DNA from: Candidatus Undinarchaeota archaeon
Lineage (GTDB): Archaea; SpSt-1190; JASMDC01
NCBI GenBank assembly: GCA_964519305.1
Contig: CAZFHY010000021.1
Coordinates: 1 to 50,474 of the forward strand
DNA: 50,474 nucleotides
Direction of reading: 5' to 3'
The notes below the pieces were generated by a model. It saw nothing but the letters and a program-made list of their open reading frames with translations. It had not been told where the DNA came from and did not search any database. The translations under genes and the position numbers were made by a program. This document shows positions 18,849 to 28,168 of the stretch, one piece after another. Position 1 is the first letter of the stretch. Every line of letters starts with the position of its first letter.

Positions 18849-21667
18849 CTGAGCATCCCTCGAAGGAACCTGCCGGTGTAGCTATTCCTGCTGCGGGCCA
18901 CCTGCTCCGGTGTGCCCTCAGCTATAACGGTCCCACCGGCTTCACCGCCCTCAGGCCCTAGGTCGATGATGCGGTCCGCGCACTTGATGACGTCCAGATT
19001 ATGCTCGATGACCACGACCGAGTTCCCCTTCTCAACGAGTCGGTCGAGCACTTTCAGGAGCTTCTTCACATCGTCGAAGTGGAGGCCTGTCGTGGGCTCG
19101 TCGAGGATGTAAAGAGTACGGCCAGTCCCACGCTTTGATAGTTCGGAGGAGAGCTTCACGCGCTGCGCCTCACCACCCGAGAGCGTTGTCGCTGACTGTC
19201 CGAGCTTGATGTACCCGAGCCCCACGTCCATAATGGTCTGGAGCCTGCGCCGGATCTTCGGGACGTTCTCGAAGAACCGCAATGCCTCCTCCACGGTCAT
19301 GTCCAACACATCAGCGATGCTCTTCTCCTTGTAGGTGACCTGCAACGTCTCGCGGTTGTAACGTGTTCCCTTGCACTCCTCGCAAGGGATGTAGATGTCC
19401 GGTAGGAAGTTCATCTCGATGCGGATGAGCCCTGCTCCTTCACATGTATGACACTGGCCCGCCTTGACGTTGAAGGAGAACCGCCCGGGTTTGTACCCGC
19501 GTACCTTGGCCTCTGAAGTGGTGGCGAAGAGATCTCGGATGGGGGTGAACAGTCCGGTATAGGTAGCGGGATTGGAGCGGGGCGTCCGCCCGATGGGGCT
19601 CTGGTCGATGGCGATGACCTTGTCGAGCTGGTCCAGCCCATCAATGCGGTCGTGCCTACCGGGGCGTGCCGATGCCCGGTAGAAGCGCTGCATGAGCGCG
19701 CGCTTGAGCGTGAAGTTGACGAGCGTGGACTTCCCCGAGCCCGACACACCAGTCACAAGGCAGAGCACACCCAGGGGGATGGGCACATCGATGTGCTTGA
19801 GGTTGTTCTCCCTTGCCCCGACCACGGTTAGCATGCCTGACGGCTCGCGTCGCTGCTTCGGTGTCGAGATGGCCTTCTTACCGGAAAGGTACTTGCCCGT
19901 GATGGACCGCTTGCAGGCCTCGATATCCTCGACGGTCCCCTGGGCCACCACCCGGCCACCGTGGATGCCGGCACCGGGACCGATGTCCAGGATGTGGTCG
20001 GCGGAGCGCATGGTCTCCTCGTCATGTTCAACGACGATGAGTGTGTTCCCCAGGTCCCGTAGCTTGAGCAGCGTATCGATGAGCCGTCGGTTGTCGCGCT
20101 GGTGGAGCCCGATGCTCGGCTCGTCGAGGATGTACATGACCCCCACGAGGTTGGCGCCTATCTGGGTGGCCAGTCTGATGCGCTGGGTCTCACCCGCAGA
20201 GAGTGTGGACGCCGCCCGGGAGAGCGAGAGGTAGTCGAGGCCCACGTTCATGAGGAATTCCAGGCGCTTGTCGATCTCCTTGAGCACCAGCTTCCCGATG
20301 AGGCGCTCGGTGGGGGTGAGCTTCAATCCCTTGAGGAAGGCCTGGCACTGGGCGATGGACATGCCCGTGACCTGGTCGATGCTCCGCTCCCCCACGGTGA
20401 CCGCCAGCACCTCGGGCTTCAGCCGCCGCCCCCCGCACGTGTTGCATGGGAGCTGGGTCATGAAGCGCTCGATATCCTGGCGCCGTCGCTCGGACTTGGT
20501 ATCCCGGTAGAGGCGGAGGAGGCTGGGGATGATCCCCTCATATCTGCCCATGAATTTGTACTCTGCGTCCCCCTTCCTGCTGGTCATCTCGAACTGGATA
20601 CGCTCGTCGGCGGCGGTGCCGTAGAGGATGATGCGCTTGTGGGGCTCGGAGAGCTCATTGAAAGGGATGTCCATCGGTATGTTGTGGTGGCGGGCCACGC
20701 CGCGGAGGTACTGTATCCGCCAGTACTGGGTGGTCCATGGTTTGATCGCCCCCTTTTCCAGGGTGAGGGTAGGGTCGGGGACCACCAGGGCAGGATCTAA
20801 GTCGGTGCGCATACCCAGACCATGACACTCGGGGCAAGCGCCGTAAGGATTGTTGAAACTGAACATCCGTGGCTGGAGCTCATCGAGGCTCACGTCACAC
20901 TTGGGGCAAGCCATTCGGATCGAGAGGATGTGCTCCTCTCCGTCGAACTCGACGACAACGGCGTCCTTCACAAGGGAGAGCGCTGTTTCCACTGCTTCCT
21001 GGAGCCGTACGCGCACCGCATTCTGCGCGGCCGTATTCTTCGGTACTGAGACCCTATCAACGATCACAGCGATGTGGTGGATGACATAACGCTCTAGGGC
21101 GGGCACCTCTTCGAGGGGATACGTCTCGCCGTCCACCCTAACACGAGCGAATCCGCGCTGTCGCAGGTCCTCGAACAGCTGCTCGTAGGTACCCTTGCGT
21201 CCACGAACGACCGGTGCCATGATAAGCACTTTTCCGGGGTGCTGCAGGAGTCTGTCGACGATCATCTCGGGTGTCTGTGGGTGGATCGGCTCCCCGCAGG
21301 AGGGGCAATGGGGGATGCCGATGCGGGCGAACAACAGACGCAGATGGTCGTAGATCTCGGTGATGGTGCCCACGGTACTACGCGGATTACGAGAGACCGT
21401 CTTCTGCTCGATGGAGATGGCAGGGGAGAGGCCGTCGATTGAGTCCACGTCCGGTTTGCTCATCAGCCCGAGAAACTGGCGGGCATAGGCTGAGAGCGAT
21501 TCGACGTACCGACGCTGACCCTCGGCGTAGAGGGTGTCGAAGGCCAGGGTCGACTTGCCTGATCCTGAGAGCCCCGTGACGACGATGAGCTTGTTGCGTG
21601 GCAGTGTGACATCGATGTTCCTGAGGTTGTGCTCCCGAGCACCTCGGATGACGATATGCTCCTCCAC
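18845..21667 (-). CDS. uvrA: excinuclease ABC subunit A
   Basis: [26 protein letters not shown], zinc fingers, second ABC domain GVSGSGKS and LSGGEAQR. Likely GTG start at 21667. Confidence 0.97.
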   Translation of the reverse strand: MEEHIVIRGAREHNLRNIDVTLPRNKLIVVTGLSGSGKSTLAFDTLYAEGQRRYVESLSAYARQFLGLMSKPDVDSIDGLSPAISIEQKTVSRNPRSTVGTITEIYDHLRLLFARIGIPHCPSCGEPIHPQTPEMIVDRLLQHPGKVLIMAPVVRGRKGTYEQLFEDLRQRGFARVRVDGETYPLEEVPALERYVIHHIAVIVDRVSVPKNTAAQNAVRVRLQEAVETALSLVKDAVVVEFDGEEHILSIRMACPKCDVSLDELQPRMFSFNNPYGACPECHGLGMRTDLDPALVVPDPTLTLEKGAIKPWTTQYWRIQYLRGVARHHNIPMDIPFNELSEPHKRIILYGTAADERIQFEMTSRKGDAEYKFMGRYEGIIPSLLRLYRDTKSERRRQDIERFMTQLPCNTCGGRRLKPEVLAVTVGERSIDQVTGMSIAQCQAFLKGLKLTPTERLIGKLVLKEIDKRLEFLMNVGLDYLSLSRAASTLSAGETQRIRLATQIGANLVGVMYILDEPSIGLHQRDNRRLIDTLLKLRDLGNTLIVVEHDEETMRSADHILDIGPGAGIHGGRVVAQGTVEDIEACKRSITGKYLSGKKAISTPKQRREPSGMLTVVGARENNLKHIDVPIPLGVLCLVTGVSGSGKSTLVNFTLKRALMQRFYRASARPGRHDRIDGLDQLDKVIAIDQSPIGRTPRSNPATYTGLFTPIRDLFATTSEAKVRGYKPGRFSFNVKAGQCHTCEGAGLIRIEMNFLPDIYIPCEECKGTRYNRETLQVTYKEKSIADVLDMTVEEALRFFENVPKIRRRLQTIMDVGLGYIKLGQSATTLSGGEAQRVKLSSELSKRGTGRTLYILDEPTTGLHFDDVKKLLKVLDRLVEKGNSVVVIEHNLDVIKCADRIIDLGPEGGEAGGTVIAEGTPEQVARSRNSYTGRFLRGMLR

Positions 21668-21732
21668 GGACCACGCTCGGCGGGTTAGGTTCAAAAAGCT
21701 TGTGGGGGGGCGGCGGGCCGGTATCCCAGGGC

Positions 21733-22518
21733 TCAGGCGAGCGCGAGGCCGATGAGCCCCGAATAGATTACTGCGTTGGCCGTCGCATGCATAATGACGG
21801 GCGGGACGATGGAGTCAGCGTCGTCAATTGCCATGGTGGCCACGAGACCATAAGCGAAGATACCGAGTATGGCCGGGAGGGAGAGCTGACGCTTCAGATG
21901 AACAATAGCAAATACACCCGATACCGCATAGGCCGCTATAATGGGGAACTCACGTCGGACCTTTGTGTACATCAGACCGCGGAATAGTAGCTCCTCCGTC
22001 AGAGGTGCGAGCACGATGGCCTGGAGCAGGCCCCAGAGCGGGGCGCTCCGGTGGTCGTCCATGATACCCTCGCCAGCACTTAGTAAATACGAGCCGAAAA
22101 GGAGGCCTCCGACGACCGCAAGTAAGATCGATGAGCCCGAGCGCGGCCACTTGATACGCAGCGCGCCAATATCGTCCCATGCTCTGCACGCAGCGAGGAT
22201 TAGACCGAGCTGGACAGCGTAGATAACCACGTACCTCGCACCATAGAGCCCGGAAAGCACGAGGGTGACCAGTGCGACGCCCGTCAGACCCTCCATGATG
22301 AAGAGGAGGGAGAACGACTCGTAGGTCTCGCTCACCGAAGGATTACGGTGGGCGAAGAAGTAGAGCATGGCGGCAGTGATGAGGTAAAGGTGGGTGATTG
22401 CGGAAAGGGCCAGTGCAGTGTGCACGCGCATGGAAAGGAGGTAGACCAGGATCGTGAATACCAATACCAGTACCAGCGCTTCGAGATCGCGCCAGGTCCA
22501 GGGACGCCCTTCCTCCAT
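21733..22518 (-). CDS. CPBP (CAAX/Abi) intramembrane metalloprotease
   Basis: [21 protein letters not shown]; multi-pass hydrophobic. Confidence 0.88.
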   Translation of the reverse strand: MEEGRPWTWRDLEALVLVLVFTILVYLLSMRVHTALALSAITHLYLITAAMLYFFAHRNPSVSETYESFSLLFIMEGLTGVALVTLVLSGLYGARYVVIYAVQLGLILAACRAWDDIGALRIKWPRSGSSILLAVVGGLLFGSYLLSAGEGIMDDHRSAPLWGLLQAIVLAPLTEELLFRGLMYTKVRREFPIIAAYAVSGVFAIVHLKRQLSLPAILGIFAYGLVATMAIDDADSIVPPVIMHATANAVIYSGLIGLALA

Positions 22519-22606
22519 CTACGGGTACGGCACCGTGAACCTTTAAATTAGCTCACAACCCTGAACGGCCGTACCTATATAAACGATCTGTGCCTACTTA
22601 TCGCTC

Positions 22607-24706
22607 GTGAGAGGAGCACGATTCTTGGTCGTCCTGTGCACCATCGTCATCATGCTGGGATCGGCGAGGTACGGTGAGAACGACCTGCCTGTCGGCCCTC
22701 TCTCTGGTATGCTACCTTGCTCGTCGGAGGCCTGTGCCCGATGGGACTGCTCGGAAATCATGCTCCCTCCGATAGGGAGCGGAAAGGAGACGTGCGATGT
22801 GTGGAATTGCACTGATGTCAGGGGTGGCCAGTGCTCGCAGTGGAACTGCAACGCCACCGATCCTGTGATGGCCGACCAGAGCTGCGACGAGAACACATGC
22901 ATCGCATGGGACCGGGGGTTGTGCATATCCTGGGACTGTGGTTCGATCGACATCCCGGCGGGTAACGATCGTGAGACATGCACAAGGTATGCGTGCACGG
23001 ACACCGCAAAGGAGGTGTGCGGCGCATGGGACTGCACGGAGAACGAAATCCCCCCGCTAGTGAGCGGACGGGAGGGGTGTAATTCGTTCGTATGCCGTGC
23101 ATCGGCCAAGGGCGTGTGCACGGATTGGGAGTGCATGGACGTCCACATGAGCTTCGAGAGCTGCGCGACCTGGGAGTGCGCGGCCTGGGGTGATGGTCTG
23201 TGCGAGATATGGAACTGCACATCGCAGGACTTCCCCGGGAAGAGCGGGTACGACACATGCTCGGGATGGACCTGCGCGACATGGGAGGCCGTCCAGAGCG
23301 GTAGCGACTGCGGGCCATGCACCTCAAACGACCAATGCAGGACCGGATGCTGCATCGACGGGGCCTGCTACGAGGTCGCCGAGGACCCCGACTCCGATGA
23401 GACGAGCTGCACCTGTCAGGGACTCCACTATGAGGGAGGCCAGTGCTGTGGGGACGATCCCGCGGAAGCGTGGTGCGGGACCACGGGGTACTGCGCGGAC
23501 GGGGTCTGGGCCTCGGAAGCTGACGAGCATTCCTGCACGACATGCCAGGGTGGTACGTGGACCGAGGAGCGATGCTGCGGGCCGGACGATGGCTGGTGCG
23601 GGGCCGCTGGCCGGTGCGAGGCGGGCTCATGGACCGAGGACGCCTGCGGCGAATGTCAGGCATGCAGCGGTGGAGCATGTACGTTCGACTGCAGTGGTTG
23701 TACGGAGGCCAATGCGACCCAGAAAGCGTGCGAGTGCCTCAAGGGGAGCTGGCATGACGAGCGATGCTGCTGGGCCGAAGGCAATGACAGTTGGAACGGC
23801 ACAGAAGGCGGGTGCGTAAACGGTACGTGGAAGACCGAGGCCGAGCTGTCGCCGACGCCCGAGCCCACACCCGAGCCGACACCCGAACCGACGCCCGAAC
23901 CGACTCCGGAGCCTACAACTGAGCCCACTCCCGAACCCAGTTCGACAGGATTAGTGATCCCTGGGCTTGGCGTCCCTCTCGATGATAAGATGGTACTCGC
24001 AGGGGCAGCGGGGCTTATCCTGCTCGTGGGTTTTCTCGTGATCTTCATGCGGCGTAGGGGCCCACCGCCCGAGGATACGTTCTTCCCTGAAGATGCGTTC
24101 GTCGACACAAAGAACGCATTCCGCGAAGAGGCCCCACCTATCGCCATCACGCCGCCCTCGCTCACACCAAAACCATCTCCCAAGGACCTCCGGAGCGCCG
24201 TGGAGGCTTCCAAGAGCAGCGCAGATGACCAGATATTCGCCGTTCCATCAGGTGGCGTTGCGGCCCCTCCGGCAGGAGCTCCAACGGTTCAGCAGGCGGA
24301 AGCGCCCTCCTATCAGGCGCCTGCTCCTGCCCAAGCACCACAACCAACAACTCCGGTCGCACCTCCCGTAACAGCTCCAGAACCCGCTCAGGCACCAGTG
24401 CCGCCCGCGCAAGCTCCTGCTCCCCAGGCACCTCCCGCGTACCAGCCACCTCAGAGCGCATACCAGTACCCCCAACAGCAACAACCGCAACAACAGCAAT
24501 GGGCTCAGGCACCAGGCTGGGGGCAGGCGGATCAGTACTATCGTCAGCAGCAGTTCTCCTACACCCGCAGGACCGCACAGGACTTCATCCCGTCCGGCCC
24601 CGCACCGACAGACGTCGTGGCCACGACCGTCCCCTGCCCGCACTGCGGCCAACAGATGCATGCAAGTCTGGCAGTATGCCCTCACTGTAACAATCCGAGG
24701 ATGTAG
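22607..24706 (+). CDS. Cys/Trp-repeat single-pass surface protein with Pro/Gln-rich tail and C-terminal zinc ribbon
   Basis: Signal-like N-terminus; six CxxW[DNE]C repeats; CC-rich domain; TPEP linker; TM helix followed by RRR; CPHCG...CPHC. Confidence 0.85.
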   Translation: MRGARFLVVLCTIVIMLGSARYGENDLPVGPLSGMLPCSSEACARWDCSEIMLPPIGSGKETCDVWNCTDVRGGQCSQWNCNATDPVMADQSCDENTCIAWDRGLCISWDCGSIDIPAGNDRETCTRYACTDTAKEVCGAWDCTENEIPPLVSGREGCNSFVCRASAKGVCTDWECMDVHMSFESCATWECAAWGDGLCEIWNCTSQDFPGKSGYDTCSGWTCATWEAVQSGSDCGPCTSNDQCRTGCCIDGACYEVAEDPDSDETSCTCQGLHYEGGQCCGDDPAEAWCGTTGYCADGVWASEADEHSCTTCQGGTWTEERCCGPDDGWCGAAGRCEAGSWTEDACGECQACSGGACTFDCSGCTEANATQKACECLKGSWHDERCCWAEGNDSWNGTEGGCVNGTWKTEAELSPTPEPTPEPTPEPTPEPTPEPTTEPTPEPSSTGLVIPGLGVPLDDKMVLAGAAGLILLVGFLVIFMRRRGPPPEDTFFPEDAFVDTKNAFREEAPPIAITPPSLTPKPSPKDLRSAVEASKSSADDQIFAVPSGGVAAPPAGAPTVQQAEAPSYQAPAPAQAPQPTTPVAPPVTAPEPAQAPVPPAQAPAPQAPPAYQPPQSAYQYPQQQQPQQQQWAQAPGWGQADQYYRQQQFSYTRRTAQDFIPSGPAPTDVVATTVPCPHCGQQMHASLAVCPHCNNPRM
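23851..23940 (+). repeat. 12-bp coding repeat (PTPE)n stalk linker
   Basis: SPTPEPTPEPTPEPTPEPTPEPTTEPTPEP. Confidence 0.8.
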
Positions 24707-24710
24707 CAGC

Positions 24711-26675
24711 TCAGGTACGTGGCCGCACCGGAAGCTCACCACGCAGTTCCCTGAGACGGTCCCGCAACTCGATTGCCTGTTCGAAGTCGAGTTCTTCGGC
24801 GGCCTTGCGCATCTTGGCCTCCAACTCCGCCTCGCGCTCGTGATCAGCTCTTCCAAGATCGGAAGGTCGGGTGCGACGCCGACGCTTCCGTCGCTCGTCA
24901 CCCTCCCCTAGCCCCTCTGCTACGGCCTTGACCACCGTTGAGGGGGTGATGCCATGCTCATGGTTGAACTCTGTCTGAAGGTCACGGCGACGCTCGGTCT
25001 CTCGAATGGCCTTGTCCATGGCCTCCGTGACCCTATCTGCGTACATGATGACACGGCTCTCGGCATTACGGGACGCGCGACCTATTGTCTGGATGAGCGC
25101 CGTATCCGTACGCAGGTAGCCCGCCTTGTCCGCGTCGAGGATCGCTACTAACCCGACCTCGGGGAGGTCAAGTCCTTCGCGTAGTAGATTGATACCTACG
25201 AGAACGTCGAACGTACCGAGCCTGAGATCGCGGATAATCTCAGTGCGTTCGAGCGTGTCCACTTCGGCGTGGATGTAACGCACACGGTGTCCGGCATCTG
25301 AGAGGAAGGATGTGAGGTCCTCGGCCATGCGTTTGGTGAGCGTGGTGACGAGTGTTCGGTGGCCTGCAGCAGTTGTGCGCCGGATATCCTCCATGAGGTC
25401 ATCGACCTGACCTTCGACCGGACGGACAACGACGAGGGGATCCACCAGTCCCGTAGGCCGGATGATCTGTTCTACGACCTGTCCGCTACCACTCAGTTCG
25501 AAGGCCGCAGGGGTGGCCGAAACGAAGAGCACCTTGCTCGTCCTCTCCATGAACTCCTCAAAGGAGAGCGGCCGGTTGTCGTAGGCCGACGGAAGACGGA
25601 ACCCGTGGTCGATTAGGTTCTTCTTCCGTGATTGATCGCCCCGCACCATTCCTCGCAACTGAGGAAGGGTCACGTGCGACTCGTCCACTATCGTTAGGAA
25701 CCCTTCGGGGAAGTAGTCGACCATGGTGTATGGCGGCTCACCTGATGAGCGACCGTCGAAATGTCTAGAGTAGTTCTCGATACCGGTGCAATAGCCCATC
25801 TCTTCAAGCATCTCTAGGTCGTACTTCGTTCTTGTCTTGAGGCGATGCGTTTCCAGAGGTCCTAGCTGGGGGAGATGTGCGTCGAGCTCCGTGCGGATGC
25901 TCGCGATAGCACGTGCGAGCGAGCTATCGTCTATAGCAAAGGGTTTGGCCGGGAAGATGGTGATGGCGTCGAGGTCACCGCACCGGGCTCCGGTCACAGG
26001 GTGCAGCCGGCTGATACGCTCCACGTCATCTCCGAAGAGCTCTACACGGATCACCTCATCGGCATAGGGTGGGAACACGTCGATGACATCGCCACGGGCC
26101 CGGAATGTCCCGGGACCCAGGTCCATGTCATTGCGCTCGTACTGAACATGGACGAGGGAGGCCAAGAGCTTACTACGTGGTAGCTGCTCACTCTTCCTTA
26201 CGACAACGCTCTGCCTTCGGAACTCATCGGGTGAGCCGAAGCCGAAGATGCACGATACGGTCGCCACGATGACCACGTTGGACCCGGACATAAGGTGAGT
26301 TGCAGCCTGTAGCCGGAGCCGCTCGATCTGTGGATTCACATCGGACTCCTTCTCGATATAGGTATCCGTCTTGGGCAGATAGCTCTCGGGTCGATAGTAA
26401 TCGTAGTACGAGACGAAATAACCGACCCGGTCATTGGGGAAGAACGTGCGGAACTCGCCATACAGCTGCGCGGCGAGCGTCTTATTGTGGGAGATGACCA
26501 ATGTCGGTACGTTCAAACGTTTGATGACATTGGCCATGGTGAATGTCTTTCCCGATCCTGTAACGCCGAGTAGCGTCTGGTGCTTGTAGTGAGAGAAACC
26601 TTCCACCAGCTTGTCGATCGCTTTAGGTTGGTCCCCGGCGGGTGGGAAGGATGAGGTCAGATCGAAGGATGCCAT
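24711..26675 (-). CDS. uvrB: excinuclease ABC subunit B
   Basis: GDQPKAI, GVTGSGKT, HNKTLAAQLY, FVSYYDYYRPE, DESHVT, GINLLREGLDLPEV, C-terminal UVR domain. Confidence 0.97.
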   Translation of the reverse strand: MASFDLTSSFPPAGDQPKAIDKLVEGFSHYKHQTLLGVTGSGKTFTMANVIKRLNVPTLVISHNKTLAAQLYGEFRTFFPNDRVGYFVSYYDYYRPESYLPKTDTYIEKESDVNPQIERLRLQAATHLMSGSNVVIVATVSCIFGFGSPDEFRRQSVVVRKSEQLPRSKLLASLVHVQYERNDMDLGPGTFRARGDVIDVFPPYADEVIRVELFGDDVERISRLHPVTGARCGDLDAITIFPAKPFAIDDSSLARAIASIRTELDAHLPQLGPLETHRLKTRTKYDLEMLEEMGYCTGIENYSRHFDGRSSGEPPYTMVDYFPEGFLTIVDESHVTLPQLRGMVRGDQSRKKNLIDHGFRLPSAYDNRPLSFEEFMERTSKVLFVSATPAAFELSGSGQVVEQIIRPTGLVDPLVVVRPVEGQVDDLMEDIRRTTAAGHRTLVTTLTKRMAEDLTSFLSDAGHRVRYIHAEVDTLERTEIIRDLRLGTFDVLVGINLLREGLDLPEVGLVAILDADKAGYLRTDTALIQTIGRASRNAESRVIMYADRVTEAMDKAIRETERRRDLQTEFNHEHGITPSTVVKAVAEGLGEGDERRKRRRRTRPSDLGRADHEREAELEAKMRKAAEELDFEQAIELRDRLRELRGELPVRPRT

Positions 26676-26777
26676 TGTATCTACTCGTCAGGTTCTGGAT
26701 CGGACAGTGCAATCCTCCGTGTCAGTTATTTAAACCGTACGAGGTGCACACGGAAATCCTATCTATCGCACGGACCG

Positions 26778-26797
26778 ACGATACATTTATGTATCGT
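26778..26797. promoter_or_regulatory. palindrome ACGATACAT-TT-ATGTATCGT overlapping the TATA-like box of the wHTH regulator gene
   Basis: Perfect 9-bp arms with a 2-nt spacer, about 20 bp upstream of ATG 26817. Confidence 0.55.
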
Positions 26798-26816
26798 TCC
26801 TGACAAGACCGGTTCA

Positions 26817-27806
26817 ATGCGATTGCGGATGGCCGTGCTCCTGTTCGCGCTACTCTTGCTCATGGGGTCCGCCGACGTCTATGTACGGAGCCTTTCCGTA
26901 GAATATGATCTTTCAGATGACGGTGTTGCATCCGAGATACTCACTTACACCCTCACGAATATCGACGATGTGCCGTTGCCTGACGTCTTTACACGCATAC
27001 CTGCCAAGGCCTTCGACGTTTCAGTGGAAGGTGGTGGTGGTGCTGTCGGGCTCACAATGAACAGGACCTCTGATAAGGTGCTTGTTGTGTCCTTTAATCC
27101 GGCCCTTCCGCCGAATGCCACGATTTCCTTTTCTGCATCGTTCAAGGTGATGGGTCTCATTGAGAGCTACAACTCATCTTCCCTTTTCTCAGGCCGCCTA
27201 TCACTTCCCCGGGACCTTAATGAGCTCAATGTCCGTCTGCGCTTACCTGAAGGGCACTTTCTCCTGGTCCGGACGGATGAACTCGATGAGTCGGAGCCGG
27301 TCATGGTCCCTCAGGCGCTCGTTTCCACTGACGGCCGACATCTCATCCTCGAGTGGTCGAGGAGCAACCTCATCGAACGGAGCTTTGATATTTTTGTAAA
27401 ATTCCAGGCACCGCAGCGAATCGAGACTGTGGTTGAGCGGCCTGTGCCCACTGTCATGGTCGTCGAGCGTGAAACACCCACTCTCGACATGGGGCAAGGG
27501 ATCTTGTTCCTCGCTGTCGGTTTGGTCCTGGGACTCCTTCTCGCAGTTTTCGCATGGGGATGGTTGCCATTAATGGCTTCCGGGGGGGAGGATGTGTCGG
27601 TATACCCCAAGGCCGAACTGAAGTGGGATGAGCGTGAGGTCGTCGACGCATTGCTGGACGCAGATGGGGAACTCAATCAGAACATACTGGTCCTCAAGGT
27701 GTCATTCTCAAAAGCTAAGCTGAGCAAGCTGCTGAACCATATGGAGGCACGGGGCATCCTGGTAAAAGAAAGCATGGGTCGTGTGAACAAGATCAAGCTC
27801 ACATAG
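26817..27806 (+). CDS. membrane-anchored winged-helix regulator (COG2512-like)
   Basis: Signal peptide, beta-rich extracellular domain, one TM helix (GILFLAVGLVLGLLLAVFAWGW), C-terminal DEREVVDAL...NQNIL...FSKAKLSKLLNHMEARGILVKESMGRVNKIKL. Confidence 0.82.
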   Translation: MRLRMAVLLFALLLLMGSADVYVRSLSVEYDLSDDGVASEILTYTLTNIDDVPLPDVFTRIPAKAFDVSVEGGGGAVGLTMNRTSDKVLVVSFNPALPPNATISFSASFKVMGLIESYNSSSLFSGRLSLPRDLNELNVRLRLPEGHFLLVRTDELDESEPVMVPQALVSTDGRHLILEWSRSNLIERSFDIFVKFQAPQRIETVVERPVPTVMVVERETPTLDMGQGILFLAVGLVLGLLLAVFAWGWLPLMASGGEDVSVYPKAELKWDEREVVDALLDADGELNQNILVLKVSFSKAKLSKLLNHMEARGILVKESMGRVNKIKLT

Positions 27807-28168
27807 TAGGTGTTCGAAAGTTACGTTTTCGTGGTACTGGGTGCTCGTGAGTCCGTTATTCAACGTTGAAATAATTCAAAGAACGGATTTCCTAACGTTA
27901 ATGGCCGTCTGCAGGGAAATACTCATCTAAAAACGTGTGGGGGATTAGATACTGAGTTAATAACGACTCTAGTGCTATAAACGGGGCGATAACTGTCTAT
28001 ACTTGTGGTATATTATAGGATATAATTCAAAAAACACAGGGAAACGTTCTTTCCTAACAACGACCGTAATTATTCTGCCTGCGATAATCGCAATCCTGAA
28101 CGTTTCAATCGTTCACACAAAACGTTTTAAATCGTTCACACCTTATTTCGGGGACGGACAGTGGTACT
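27807..28168. promoter_or_regulatory. AT-rich control region with clustered AACGTT sites and BRE/TATA of the surface-protein cluster
   Basis: AACGTT at 27862, 27894, 28043, 28099 and 28121; TTCAACGTTGAA palindrome 27859-27870; TGAACG-N7-CGTTCA 28097-28115; AATCGTTCACAC direct repeats at 28107 and 28130; TTTTAAA at 28125. Confidence 0.65.
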
